Positions 1 to 13,131 of a DNA stretch of 64,000 nt are shown here, one piece after another. The notes beneath the pieces are model-generated. The model was not told where the DNA came from and did not search any database. It was given only the letters and a program-made list of their open reading frames with translations. Each line of letters begins with the position of its first letter. Positions within the stretch are counted from its first letter, which is position 1. The DNA lies in assembly GCF_003334765.1 (NCBI RefSeq), contig NZ_QOWT01000012.1. The stretch is one strand, 5' to 3'. Source of the stretch: Escherichia coli. GTDB taxonomy: Bacteria > Pseudomonadota > Gammaproteobacteria > Enterobacterales > Enterobacteriaceae. The position numbers were made by a program, and so were the translations under genes.

Positions 1-59
1 ATCGAACCAAGGACACGGGGATTTTCAATCCCCTGCTCTACCGACTGAGCTATCCGGGC
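1..59 (-). tRNA. pheU: tRNA-Phe (anticodon GAA), 5' portion only; rest lies left of window
   Basis: Reverse complement of 1..59 reads GCCCGGATAGCTCAGTCGGTAGAGCAGGGGATTGAAAATCCCCGTGTCCTTGGTTCGAT, a tRNA-Phe D-arm, anticodon loop and T-arm; truncated by window edge. Confidence 0.85.
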
Positions 60-165
60 AACGGGGCGCATTAAACCGTAATCTGCACATCTCGTCAACC
101 TAATTTCAGTAAAAGCGATTCAACTGCTTAAGATTGCGGCAAATCGCTTCTTTTCTGTGTTTCTG

Positions 166-741
166 TCAGGTCAATGCACCACCCTGGCGGCAGCGGGCGA
201 AGCGCAGGATATCTTCCGCCAGCCGATGTGCAGTGTCGACATCCGCCTGGCTACGATTCACCAGCATTCGGCTTAAACAGCCTTCCAGCACCAGTTCCAT
301 CTGCTTTGCTACCATCGCCGGATCGTCAACTTCCAGTGTGGTTAACAGTTCGTGGGTGAAATCGTAGGCCGCGCTTTTTTGCTGATCGGCCAGTTGATGA
401 ATAGGGTGGCCAGGATCGGGATAAAACGTACAGGCAGCGATAAATAGACAGCCCGGATAGCGGTTGTTTTTAACGCACTCCGATAACGCCTGATAACGTG
501 CCAGCAGCTTTTGTTCGGCGGTTTGCGTTTCGTCCAGCATCAGCTGACGACGCCAGACATCTATCTGTTGGCTAAGATAACGCAGCGCATCGTAGAGGAT
601 TGCCTCTTTGTCTGGCCAGAAGCGGCGTAGCTCGTCCAGTGGATAATCCACACGTTCAGCAACCATCTCCAGCGTGGTGTTGGCAATCCCTTGTAATTCT
701 AATAATTTCAGGGCTTCTCCCAGTACATCTTCACGTTGCAC
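166..741 (-). CDS. yjdC: TetR-family transcriptional regulator
   Basis: ORF track 166..765 (-); N-terminal HTH region and position between tRNA-Phe and dsbD; start trimmed to internal GTG (VQREDVL...) from recalled protein length, alternative start at 765. Confidence 0.75.
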
Positions 742-777
742 GCTATTTTCCTCCGTCTTTCCCACTGCAAGTGTCGT

Positions 778-2475
778 TCACGGTTGGCGATCGCGCAAAT
801 GTGCGCTGAAGGTTTCAGCATCCATAAAGCCCGTGACGCGTGCTTGTGGATGCTCCTGGCCTTGTCCGTCAAAAAAGAGAATTGTCGGTAGGCCAAGGAC
901 ATTAAGATGCTTTAACAGCGCCACATCTTGTGCGTCGTTGGCCGTGACGTTGGCCTGAAGTAAGACCGTGTCTGCTAACGCTTTTTGCACCTGCGGGTCG
1001 CTGAAGGTGTATTTCTCAAACTCTTTACAGGCGACGCACCAGTCGGCATAAAGATCTAACATCACCGGTTTGCCTTTGGCTTCAACGAGCGCCTGATTTA
1101 ACTCATCTACCGTTTTGATTTGTGTAAAGTTGAGATGCGTCTGAGTTTGCGCGGTATGCGTCGCACCAAATGCCCAATCCTGAAGTGGGCGCACGCTAAC
1201 CAATGCCGCTGCCAGCAGAATAATTTGCACAATACGCATCCAGCCGCGTTTAGCCTGTAGGCTGGTGATAAAGGCCCAGCCAAAGAATGCGACACCCAGC
1301 GCCGACCACAAGCGTAATCCCCATACATCACCAATCACTCGCTCCAGCAGGAAGACCGGCAGTGCGAGGATCACAAAACCAAACGCGGTTTTGACTTGTT
1401 CCATCCACGGGCCGCTTTTCGGCAGCAAGCGGTTACCAAAGACGGTAATTAGCATCAGCGGCAGGCCCATGCCCAACGCATAGAGATAAAGCGTGCCGCC
1501 GCCCAGCCACATGTTCCCGCTTTGGGCGATATACAGCAGAATCGCGCTAAGCGGTGCGGTGGTGCATGGTGAACAGATCAGTCCGGCAATCGCCCCCATA
1601 ACAAACACACCGCCAGGTGAGCCGCCCTGTTGGCGATTGCTCATCAACGTGAGACGTGTTTGCAGCGAAGAGGGGAGTTGCAGGGTAAACAAGCCAAACA
1701 TTGACATCGCCAGCAAGGTAAAGACGATGGCGAGGCCAATGAGCACGTATGGGTGCTGTAGCGCCGCCTGGAACTGTAACCCTGCGGCGGCAACCACCAG
1801 ACCCAGCGCCGTGTAGGTCAGCGCCATCCCCTGCACATAAATAAAGGTCAGCAACAATGCTCTGGCAGTGGAGAGCCGCTGTTTACCACCCAGCACGATG
1901 CCAGAAATCAGTGGGTACATTGGCAGCACGCATGGCGTAAAGGCGATACCAATACCGATCAACAACGCCCAGAGCGCGGAAAAGGGCAATTGCGCGGTGG
2001 GCTGCTCTTGCTGCGGAACAGACACAGGCTGTGGCGCTGCGTTGTTGGCGACCACTTCGCTTAACGGAACGGTTTTGGTTTCTGGCGGATAACAGAAACC
2101 GGCATCAGCACAGCCCTGGTAGGTGACAGTTAACGTCGCTCCCGCACTCGCCTGGTTGATGGTGACGGGAAGCGTCAGCCGATCGCGGTAAATCTCGCTT
2201 TTGCCGTAAAACTCATCTTCATGCCAGACGCCTTGCGGCAGCTGCACGTCGGCAATTTTCGCGTGTTCCGGCGTAATGCGGATCTGTTTACGGTAGAGGT
2301 AGTAACCGTCTTTGATCTGCCAGGTCAGATTAAGGTCATGTTGGTTTTGCTGAAAATCAAAAGCAAAGGCTTGATCCGCGGGGACAAATTGTGAACGTCC
2401 CGGCGCGTCGAATAATCCGGCAAAAACGGAAGTGCTGCAAAGTAGCAGGATCAGCGTAAAGATGCGTTGAGCCAT
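778..2475 (-). CDS. dsbD: thiol:disulfide interchange protein DsbD
   Basis: ORF 778..2556 (-); signal peptide after MAQRIF, multi-TM core, C-terminal thioredoxin-like WCVACK motif; start trimmed to Met at 2475. Confidence 0.9.
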
Positions 2476-2789
2476 GAGAGGTAATCTGTGTCTCCGTGTG
2501 TAACAGGTAAAACCAGAAGTTCCGGGGTTTGATATGGATGATGAGACTTCAGGCATTCCAGCAGTGCCTGCTGGTGAGATACGGTAGTTTTTAAAATCAT
2601 CTGCACTTCGTATTCTTGCTCCAGCTTACCTTCCCAGTAATAGAGAGAGGTAGCGCCGGGGATCAAGGTCGCGCAGGCCGCCAGTTTTTCCGCCAGCACT
2701 TTGGCGGCTAAATCCTGGGCTGTCGCTTCATCTGGTGCCGTACATAGCACCACGACAGACGCGGTATTCGAACTTTTTTCATCAAGCAT
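2451..2789 (-). CDS. cutA: divalent-cation tolerance protein CutA
   Basis: ORF 2451..2795 (-); about 112 aa beginning MLDEKSSN; overlaps dsbD start by 25 nt. Confidence 0.9.
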
Positions 2790-2904
2790 AAACACCTCGC
2801 AAGAACAGATGGAACCGCAAGAGAGAGGTCACTATACAACGGACGGGGGAAGGATGTTAGTCGGCGGGAAAGAAAGCGGGGCGTGAACGCCCCGCGATTG
2901 ATCA

Positions 2905-4206
2905 TTACAGCATGAAGCTACCCAGCACGAAGCCGAAGCAAACGGCCAGGGCAACACCCAGAGTACCCGGGATGAAGAACGGATGGTTGAAGACGAATTT
3001 ACCGATACGGGTAGTACCCGTGTCATCCATCTGTACCGCAGCAACCAGCGTCGGGTAGGTCGGCAGAATGAACAGACCAGACACCGCAGCGAAAGAAGCA
3101 ACAGCGGTCAGCGGTGAAACGTTCAGTGCCAGAGCCATCGGCATCAGTGCTTTTGCGGTTGCAGCCTGAGAGTACAGCAGAGCAGAAGCAAAGAAGAAGA
3201 TGACGGCCAGCAGCCACGGATGACCCTGAATCACTTCACCAGCGGTATCTTTGATCCAGTCGATGTTGTTGGAAACGAAAGTATCGCCCAGCCACGCAAC
3301 ACCCAGGATACAAATACAGGCGCTCATACCTGCTTTGAAGGTGCTGGAGTTGAGGATGTTGTCGGTATCGACTTTACAGATAACGGTGGTCAGAGTTGCA
3401 ACGCTGAGCATGATGATCAGGATTGCGTTGGTGGTGTTCATCAGCGGTTTTTCAACCAGACCCATGCTTGGGCTGTTGATGATTGCATAGATAACCACGC
3501 CAACTACGCCCAGCAGGAACAGCCAGACGGACGTTTTTGCACCGGATTTGATTTCAATCTGCTTTTCACCGCGCAGTTCAACCAGGCCCTCTTCCAGACG
3601 CTTGCGATAAATCGGATCGTCAGAGAGTTTGGAGTTGAACAGCATAGTGACCAGGAAGGACATCACCAGAACCGCCAGCAGGGTGGACGGGATGACCACG
3701 GAGAGCAGATGGAGGTAGCTGATGCCATGACCTTCCATCACGGAAGACATGTAAACCACTGCCGCTGAGATTGGCGATGCGGTGATCGCAATCTGCGCGG
3801 ATACCACTGCAGTAGACAGCGGACGGCAAGGTTTAACGCCTTGTTCCTTCGCAACTTCAGCGATAACTGGCAGTGTCGCCAGAGAGATGTTGCCAGTACC
3901 AGCAAAGATAGTCAGGAAATAGGTCACGATCGGTGCGAGGATCGTGATGTATTTCGGGTTACGGCGCAGCAGCTTTTCTGTCTGATGAACCAGATAGTCC
4001 AGACCGCCAGCAACCTGCATGGCAGAAATAGCGGCGATAACCGCCATGATAATGGAGATGACATCGAACGGGATGTTACCGGGTTTAACGCCAATAGCGG
4101 CAAGAACCAGCACCCCCAATCCGCCTGCAAAACCAATACCTATTCCCCCCAATCTGGCGCCCAAGAAGATCGCCAGCAAAACTATGATGAGTTCTACAAC
4201 TAGCAT
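2905..4206 (-). CDS. dcuA: anaerobic C4-dicarboxylate transporter DcuA
   Basis: ORF 433 aa, polytopic membrane protein, immediately downstream of aspA on same strand. Confidence 0.9.
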   Translation of the reverse strand: MLVVELIIVLLAIFLGARLGGIGIGFAGGLGVLVLAAIGVKPGNIPFDVISIIMAVIAAISAMQVAGGLDYLVHQTEKLLRRNPKYITILAPIVTYFLTIFAGTGNISLATLPVIAEVAKEQGVKPCRPLSTAVVSAQIAITASPISAAVVYMSSVMEGHGISYLHLLSVVIPSTLLAVLVMSFLVTMLFNSKLSDDPIYRKRLEEGLVELRGEKQIEIKSGAKTSVWLFLLGVVGVVIYAIINSPSMGLVEKPLMNTTNAILIIMLSVATLTTVICKVDTDNILNSSTFKAGMSACICILGVAWLGDTFVSNNIDWIKDTAGEVIQGHPWLLAVIFFFASALLYSQAATAKALMPMALALNVSPLTAVASFAAVSGLFILPTYPTLVAAVQMDDTGTTRIGKFVFNHPFFIPGTLGVALAVCFGFVLGSFML

Positions 4207-4323
4207 ATTAGCCTTCCTTGTTTTTTAACAAGTTGATATTAGATTGTTATTTTTAAGTTACTGCTCACAAGAAAAAAGGCACGTCATCTGACGTGCCTTT
4301 TTTATTTGTACTACCCTGTACGA

Positions 4324-5760
4324 TTACTGTTCGCTTTCATCAGTATAGCGTTTTGCTTTGTAAGCCGGGTGCATCAGATTCTGTACGGAGAAAATATCGT
4401 CAAGTTCCGCTTCAGTCAACAGACCGCGTTCCAGAACGACTTCACGTACACTCTTACCGGTTTCGGCACAGATTTTACCCACGATGTCACCGTTGTGGTG
4501 ACCGATGAACGGGTTCAGGTAAGTAACGATACCGATAGAGTTGTAAACGTAACCTTCGCACACTTCTTTGTTAGCAGTGATGCCGTTAATGCATTTTTCC
4601 AGCAGGTTGTAGCAAGCGTTGGTCAGAATGTGAACGGATTCGAACATGGCCTGGCCAATGACCGGCTCCATAACGTTCAACTGCAGCTGACCTGCTTCTG
4701 CTGCCATGGTAACAGTGGTGTCGTTACCGATGACTTTGAAGCATACCTGGTTAACCACTTCCGGAACAACCGGGTTTACTTTAGCTGGCATGATGGAAGA
4801 GCCCGCCTGCAGTTCCGGCAGGTTGATCTCGTTCAGGCCGGCACGTGGGCCTGAAGAGAGCAAGCGCAGGTCGTTACAGATTTTGGACATCTTCACAGCC
4901 AGGCGTTTCAGCGCGCCGTGAACCATAACATAAGCGCCGCAGTCAGAGGTCGCTTCGATCAGGTCTTCAGCCGGTACGCATGGGAAGCCAGTAACTTCAG
5001 CCAGTTTTTTCACTGCCAGCGGAGAGTACTCTTTCGGCGTGTTCAGACCAGTACCGATTGCTGTTGCACCAAGGTTAACTTCCAGCAGCAGTTCAGCGGT
5101 ACGTTGGATGTTTTTCACTTCTTCTTTCAGCAGGATGCTGAAAGCGCGGAATTCCTGACCGAGGGTCATCGGTACTGCGTCCTGCAGCTGGGTACGACCC
5201 ATTTTCAGGATGTCCTGGAATTCGACAGCTTTACGTTCAAAGCCTTCACGCAGTTGGTTAATCGCATCTACCAGCTTAATCAGGGAAGAGTAAACTGCGA
5301 TACGGAAACCGGTCGGGTAGGCGTCGTTAGTGGACTGACATTTGTTAACATGGTCGTTCGGGTTCAGGTACTGATATTCACCTTTTTGGTGACCCATCAG
5401 TTCCAGACCGATATTGGCCAGCACTTCGTTGGTGTTCATGTTTACGGAAGTACCTGCGCCGCCCTGGTAGACGTCTACCGGGAACTGATCCATGCATTTT
5501 CCGTTGTTCAGGACTTCATCACATGCGGCAATGATGGCATTCGCTACACTTTTAGGAATGGTTTGCAGCTCTTTGTTTGCCATAGCTGCGGCTTTTTTAA
5601 CCATTACCATACCGCGAACAAATTCAGGAATATCACTGATTTTGTTGTTGCTGATATAGAAGTTTTCAATCGCTCTCAGAGTGTGAACACCATAGTAGGC
5701 ATCAGCTGGAACTTCCCTGGTACCCAACAGATCTTCTTCGATACGAATGTTGTTTGACAT
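4324..5760 (-). CDS. aspA: aspartate ammonia-lyase
   Basis: ORF 4324..5805 (-); fumarase/aspartase family (GSSxMPxKxN signature region [10 protein letters not shown]); start trimmed to [13 protein letters not shown] at 5760. Confidence 0.95.
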
Positions 5761-5942
5761 GTGAACCTTCTTTTTCAAGCTGCCAATGATTTGCTTTAAA
5801 CACACAGAATATATGTGGTTTCGAATGTTTTTCGACCGACGATTATCCCCTGCATCGACCGAATACCCGAGATCATATGCTGCTTGAGGATTTCTACCGT
5901 AATCTGGATCACTTTAAGTGTCGGTTTTTACCCCTTAATTAT

Positions 5943-5964
5943 TAATTTGTGAAATAGATCACCG
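5943..5964. promoter_or_regulatory. CRP-like dyad (TGTGA-N6-TCACC) in aspA/fxsA divergent intergenic region
   Basis: TGTGA at 5948..5952 and TCACC at 5959..5963 with 6-nt spacer; resembles CRP consensus TGTGAnnnnnnTCACA. Sequence match only. Confidence 0.3.
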
Positions 5965-6096
5965 CTTTGGGATTACTACCAAAAATAGTTGCGCAAACAT
6001 CTTGAAATTTTGCTAATGACCACAATATAAGCTAAACGCGATTCGCAACCCATTCAGGTAGCCGGGGTTAACCGGCTGCTATTACAGGAGAAACCT

Positions 6097-6573
6097 TTGC
6101 GCTGGTTACCTTTTATTGCCATTTTCCTTTATGTCTATATTGAGATTTCAATCTTTATTCAGGTTGCCCATGTATTGGGGGTATTGCTGACCCTCGTGCT
6201 GGTTATATTCACGTCAGTTATCGGTATGTCACTGGTACGTAACCAGGGCTTTAAGAATTTCGTGCTGATGCAGCAAAAAATGGCGGCGGGTGAAAACCCA
6301 GCGGCGGAGATGATTAAAAGTGTTTCGCTGATCATTGCTGGTTTGCTGCTTTTATTACCGGGCTTTTTTACCGACTTCCTCGGTCTTCTACTTTTATTGC
6401 CGCCGGTGCAAAAGCATCTGACAGTGAAGTTGATGCCGCATTTGCGCTTTTCTCGCATGCCTGGCGGCGGTTTTAGCGCCGGGACCGGTGGCGGTAATAC
6501 TTTTGATGGTGAGTACCAGCGAAAGGATGATGAGCGCGACCGCCTTGATCATAAAGACGATCGCCAGGATTAA
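6097..6573 (+). CDS. fxsA: inner membrane protein FxsA
   Basis: ORF 158 aa beginning MRWLPFIAIFLYVYIEISIF, TTG start at 6097; membrane N-terminus with acidic C-terminal tail. Confidence 0.85.
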   Translation: MRWLPFIAIFLYVYIEISIFIQVAHVLGVLLTLVLVIFTSVIGMSLVRNQGFKNFVLMQQKMAAGENPAAEMIKSVSLIIAGLLLLLPGFFTDFLGLLLLLPPVQKHLTVKLMPHLRFSRMPGGGFSAGTGGGNTFDGEYQRKDDERDRLDHKDDRQD

Positions 6574-6579
6574 TGTCGA

Positions 6580-6620
6580 AACGCCGGATTATGTGGTTAT
6601 GCCATTTTCCGGCGTTTTTC
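6580..6620. terminator. hairpin plus T-run between convergent fxsA and yjeH
   Basis: Stem aacgccgga (6580..6588) pairs with tccggcgtt (6608..6616), followed by T-run; overlaps yjeH stop codon at 6589..6591. Confidence 0.5.
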
Positions 6621-7845
6621 GTTTTGGCAGCAACAGCCATAACCCCGCCAGCATGATCAGCGCATAGAGACTTTTCCAGCCGACCATTGCCAGTAACAGA
6701 ACGCATAACAGCCCGCCAACCACCGCCAGTAGTCGATAACGTCCTTGCAATAATTTACAGCCTGCCAGCATGCATAACAGATAAATCATAATAAAGATGC
6801 CATTGGCATAAATAATAAGAGCGTCCAGATTGATCTCTAAAGCATGAATCACCAAAGTGCTCACCACACAGCAGCCGAGCACCGCATTGAGGGCATTATT
6901 CGGGATATGGCGAGAAGAGAGGCGTGCCAGGTAGTGGTCAGGATTATGTTGCGCCTGCGACCAGACCAGGCGGGCGAAGCTCTGTATATAAATGTTGAGA
7001 CTGGCAAAGCAGGCCAGATAGCCAATCACGCAGGCAATCCATAACGCTCCTACACCGAACAACTGCACTACAATTTTTGGAAGCGATGCTGCCGCCGCCA
7101 TTTTTTCACCATAGGCGTCGAAGTGTAAGACGACTACCGTACAGCCCCAGTAGACTAATCCTGCCAGCAGCAGACCAATCATCAAAGCACGAGGAAAATC
7201 ACGCTCTGGATTTTTAAATTCCGAGGCGAGATGGGCAAATGCCTCCAGACCGACAAAACACCAGAACATCACTGATAACGCAGCAAATAACCCGGTAAGT
7301 TCGATATTACCAGGTGCCGGAAAGGGGATATTCGCAGGTTTGATATCGCCCGCCCACCAGATAGCGACAATCAGCGCGACGATAAGTCCGGCAATAACGG
7401 TTTGTAGATTAGCACTGGAACTGGCACCGCGAGTACCGATATACCACACCAGCGCCAGCGTACCGAGTTCTGCCAACAACAGTTGCCAGCTATGCCAGCC
7501 AAACATCGCCTGGCCGAACCCGGCGGCAATTTGTAGTGCGGCAGGCAAACCCACGGGAATGACCGATAAAAACAGCCAGCCGGTGACTCGCTCAAGCCGC
7601 GAACCAAACGCCATACCGACGAAGTGCGCGACGCCGCCTGCGCTGGGATAGTGGCGACCCAGAATCGCAAACACAATCGCAATCGGGAACACTAAGATAA
7701 TCAAAACGGGCCACGCCCACAGGCTGTTATTGCCCGCTACCAGCGCAGCTAACGCAGGAACGGCAAACACGCCAGTGCCTAATAATGACGTCGATAGCAG
7801 GCCAATGCCCTGGGCCAGCCCCAGTTCTTGTTTGAGTCCACTCAT
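6589..7845 (-). CDS. yjeH: APC-family amino-acid exporter YjeH
   Basis: ORF 6589..7905 (-); polytopic membrane protein; start trimmed to MSGLKQELGL at 7845 (ATG confirmed). Confidence 0.8.
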   Translation of the reverse strand: MSGLKQELGLAQGIGLLSTSLLGTGVFAVPALAALVAGNNSLWAWPVLIILVFPIAIVFAILGRHYPSAGGVAHFVGMAFGSRLERVTGWLFLSVIPVGLPAALQIAAGFGQAMFGWHSWQLLLAELGTLALVWYIGTRGASSSANLQTVIAGLIVALIVAIWWAGDIKPANIPFPAPGNIELTGLFAALSVMFWCFVGLEAFAHLASEFKNPERDFPRALMIGLLLAGLVYWGCTVVVLHFDAYGEKMAAAASLPKIVVQLFGVGALWIACVIGYLACFASLNIYIQSFARLVWSQAQHNPDHYLARLSSRHIPNNALNAVLGCCVVSTLVIHALEINLDALIIYANGIFIMIYLLCMLAGCKLLQGRYRLLAVVGGLLCVLLLAMVGWKSLYALIMLAGLWLLLPKRKTPENGITT

Positions 7846-8011
7846 GGGTTGATGTCCGATTGCGCCCAAATTTTGGGCAACTGCGTAGATTTTCGATGGT
7901 AGCACAATCAGATTCGCTTATGACGGCGATGAAGAAATTGCGATGAAATGTGAGGTGAATCAGGGTTTTCACCCGATTTTGTGCTGATCAGAATTTTTTT
8001 TCTTTTTCCCC

Positions 8012-8040
8012 CTTGAAGGGGCGAAGCCTCATCCCCATTT
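8012..8040 (+). promoter_or_regulatory. sigma-32 heat-shock promoter of groES-groEL
   Basis: CTTGAA at 8012..8017 and CCCCATTT at 8033..8040 with 15-nt spacer, matching sigma-32 -35/-10 consensus (CTTGAAA / CCCCATNT), about 80 nt upstream of groES. Confidence 0.75.
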
Positions 8041-8069
8041 CTCTGGTCACCAGCCGGGAAACCACGTAA

Positions 8070-8414
<345 letters not shown>

Positions 8415-8445
8415 TCCGCGCACGACACTGAACATACGAATTTAA

Positions 8446-10104
<1,659 letters not shown>

Positions 10105-10132
10105 TTGCCCTGCACCTCGCAGAAATAAACAA

Positions 10133-10166
10133 ACCCCCGGGCAGAAATGTCTGGGGGTTTTTCTTT
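10133..10166 (+). terminator. rho-independent terminator after groEL
   Basis: ccccc (10134..10138) pairs with ggggg (10153..10157), inner cag/ctg pair, followed by TTTTTCTTTT. Confidence 0.75.
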
Positions 10167-10241
10167 TGGTCATCTTTCTAGTATAAGATTCAGACACGGA
10201 CGACGCGAGTGGCGTCCAGCTCATTGATTATGGGGAATAAC

Positions 10242-10595
10242 ATGCACGTAAAATACTTAGCAGGGATTGTCGGTGCCGCGCTACTGATGGCGGGTTGTAG
10301 CTCCAGCAACGAATTGAGTGCTGCCGGTCAGAGTGTACGCATTGTGGACGAGCAGCCAGGCGCAGAGTGCCAGCTGATTGGTACTGCGACAGGTAAGCAA
10401 AGCAACTGGCTTTCCGGGCAACACGGAGAAGAAGGCGGTTCTATGCGCGGCGCAGCAAACGATCTGCGCAACCAGGCGGCTGCAATGGGCGGTAACGTGA
10501 TTTATGGCATCAGTAGCCCGTCGCAGGGAATGTTGTCCAGTTTTGTCCCGACGGATAGCCAGATTATCGGTCAGGTTTATAAGTGCCCGAACTGA
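10242..10595 (+). CDS. yjeI: predicted lipoprotein YjeI
   Basis: ORF 10209..10595; start trimmed to MHVKYLAGIVGAALLMAGCSSS (lipobox LMAGC). Confidence 0.8.
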   Translation: MHVKYLAGIVGAALLMAGCSSSNELSAAGQSVRIVDEQPGAECQLIGTATGKQSNWLSGQHGEEGGSMRGAANDLRNQAAAMGGNVIYGISSPSQGMLSSFVPTDSQIIGQVYKCPN

Positions 10596-10630
10596 TGTGA
10601 TCCAGAGGCTGGGTGACAAACGTATAATTG

Positions 10631-10729
<99 letters not shown>

Positions 10730-10797
10730 TGACCAACGATCACGTTATCAGTCATTTCAGGCTGGATGGCTCCAGCCTCGCATTAGCAAAGATGAGA

Positions 10798-11667
10798 TTA
10801 TTTCGCCTGTGGTGCAGTTTTGCTGGTGGATTGAACACGTAAGTGATGCAGCGCGCGTAAGCATTGATCCTGGGTTAGCGGTTGGGCGTTATTCGCCGCT
10901 ACGGTGCGAACATAGACCTGACATGGCACACCCGCGAGTTTTTTCAGTCGTGGGCTGAAATCAAGCATTCGGCGAGTGATCGCTTCTATTTCTTTACCCG
11001 GCGTTGCTTCACGCGTTTTCACCACTGCGCCGCTAAATTGTTCTTTGCCACTTTCATCTTTAAAGCGGTAAAGCACCGCCAGATAATGGTCGAACAAGTT
11101 ATGTTTCCATTCCGGTTGGGAATAGGTGTCATATTCCAGATTGCCATTGTCCTGGCAGTCAACGTCGTATAACGGCAGGAAATCTAACAGTGAGGTAATA
11201 CGTAATGCCAGTTCACGCATTTCCGCATTATTAATTGCATGAATGATTGCTCGCGCCAGCATTTCAATCTGCAACTCATTGACGACTAACTCACATTTGC
11301 TACCGTCATGTAGCGTTAATACGAAGGTAAGATTTTCGCCTTGATTATCGGTAAGTTCCAGCGTGTTAACCCGACGATTAATATCGGCATTTTTAAGCTC
11401 ATCAACCAGAATTTCTGGGATGTTTTCTGCCATTTTCTTAATGACTTTATCGCGAGCTTGCTCATACTGAAGGTGTGCAGCAGCATCCAGTTTATGCTTT
11501 TGATGCAGACGACTTTCCAGCGCAATCAGCAGGTCGCGCAGTTCCATGACAGACATAAAGAACAACGATTCTTTATTGCGAGGTTCTTTAATTTTCAGCG
11601 CCAGTGCAATGAAATTATTACTCTTGCGAATAACACCGGTATTAACACCCTTGATGCTTATGGCCAT
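10798..11667 (-). CDS. yjeJ: uncharacterised protein YjeJ
   Basis: 289-aa ORF, no recognisable catalytic motif; AT-rich gene with very AT-rich upstream region (11668..11880). Confidence 0.7.
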   Translation of the reverse strand: MAISIKGVNTGVIRKSNNFIALALKIKEPRNKESLFFMSVMELRDLLIALESRLHQKHKLDAAAHLQYEQARDKVIKKMAENIPEILVDELKNADINRRVNTLELTDNQGENLTFVLTLHDGSKCELVVNELQIEMLARAIIHAINNAEMRELALRITSLLDFLPLYDVDCQDNGNLEYDTYSQPEWKHNLFDHYLAVLYRFKDESGKEQFSGAVVKTREATPGKEIEAITRRMLDFSPRLKKLAGVPCQVYVRTVAANNAQPLTQDQCLRALHHLRVQSTSKTAPQAK

Positions 11668-11930
11668 GTAGGTTCTCCCTAACCATTTCTCAATTAAATA
11701 ATTAATTTTAATTTATAAGCCAGATAAATGGGCTTGGTAGTAATAGTTGTTAAAATAACATAAATAGCCGTACTCACTCTATATAAACAGAAAAGAAAGG
11801 TTAATTATTGGTGTTAGCTATATAAAAAGTAACAACAGCAATGCATATGAATAATTAAAGGTTATGCAACGGGCAAAGATTAAACTTCCCAGTTTAATGA
11901 CAGGTTGCTGTACTTGCGTTTGTTGCTCTT

Positions 11931-12029
11931 GCCGGATGCAGCGTAAACGCCTTATCCGGCCTACAGTTCATTGCAAATCCATTCAATTTCAATGCACGAT
12001 GTAGGCCTGATAAGCGTAGCGAATCAGGC
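11931..12029. repeat. BIME: two inverted REP elements
   Basis: gccggatgcagcgtaaacgccttatccggcctaca and tgtaggcctgataagcgtagcgaatcaggca in inverted orientation. Confidence 0.85.
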
Positions 12030-12061
12030 AATTTTAATGTTTAACTTCCCTGTTTAATCAG

Positions 12062-13090
12062 TTACTGCTGGCGTAGCTGGAGATCCAGCGGCGTTTTGCT
12101 GGGTTCGCCGCCAATTTCTCGCGCCAGTTTCGGCACCAGATATCCCGACACCAGTGTCAGCAACTCACGCATAATCTGCCGTGCTTCGTCATCACTCACC
12201 ATAAAATGCGCCGCGCCCTGTACTTTATCGAGCACATGCAGGTAATACGGCATTACGCCGGCATCGAACAACGCATTACTCAGGTTTGCCAGCGTTTGTG
12301 CGTTATCGTTCACATCACGTAACAGAACGCTCTGGTTCAGCAAAGTAACGCCTACCCGGCGCAACTTAGCCATCGCCTGACGGAATGTTTCATCTACCTC
12401 ATTGGCATGGTTGATGTGATTCACCAGCAAGATTTGCAGCGTAGAACGGGCAAAGCATTCAACCAGCGCCTCGGTGATACGTGCCGGGATCACAATCGGC
12501 AGACGGCTGTGAATCCGCAGACGTTTTATATGCGGGATGGCTTCCAGTTGTGTGAGCAACCAGTCCAGCTCGTGATCTTTCGCCATCAGCGGATCGCCGC
12601 CGGAGAAAATCATCTCGTCCAGTTCCGGATGCGCAGCAACATACTCAAGTGCAGTTTGCCAGTTACGCTTGTTGCCCTGATTTTCGGCATAGGGGAAGTG
12701 ACGACGGAAGCAATAGCGGCAATTTACCGCGCAGCCGCCTTTGACCAGCAAAAGCGCCCGGTTGTGGTATTTATGCAACAAACCAGGCACTACGCTGTGC
12801 TGTTCTTCCAGTGGGTCGGTGGAGAATCCGGGCGCGATGACAAACTCATCTTGCGAGGTAAGTACCTGACGCAAAAGAGGATCGTCCGGATTGCCTTTCT
12901 CCATGCGATCGATAAATGAGCGGGGCACACGCAGGGCAAAAAGCTTTTTGGCGCTGCGTCCGGCTAACAGTTTTTCCTCCGCGTCTATATTCAAAAGACG
13001 CAGAAGTTCATCAGGATCGGTCACAACATCGGCAAGTTGCGTTAACCAATCTTCTCTGGATGGGGTATTTAGGGTTACAATATGCGCCAT
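12062..13090 (-). CDS. epmB: EF-P beta-lysylation enzyme, lysine 2,3-aminomutase-like radical SAM protein
   Basis: 342 aa with CxxxCxxC radical-SAM motif (CAVNCRYCFRR); divergent from efp. Confidence 0.9.
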   Translation of the reverse strand: MAHIVTLNTPSREDWLTQLADVVTDPDELLRLLNIDAEEKLLAGRSAKKLFALRVPRSFIDRMEKGNPDDPLLRQVLTSQDEFVIAPGFSTDPLEEQHSVVPGLLHKYHNRALLLVKGGCAVNCRYCFRRHFPYAENQGNKRNWQTALEYVAAHPELDEMIFSGGDPLMAKDHELDWLLTQLEAIPHIKRLRIHSRLPIVIPARITEALVECFARSTLQILLVNHINHANEVDETFRQAMAKLRRVGVTLLNQSVLLRDVNDNAQTLANLSNALFDAGVMPYYLHVLDKVQGAAHFMVSDDEARQIMRELLTLVSGYLVPKLAREIGGEPSKTPLDLQLRQQ

Positions 13091-13131
13091 TTTGTGGCTT
13101 AGCTACCAATTAACAAATTTCAGAGGGCCTT

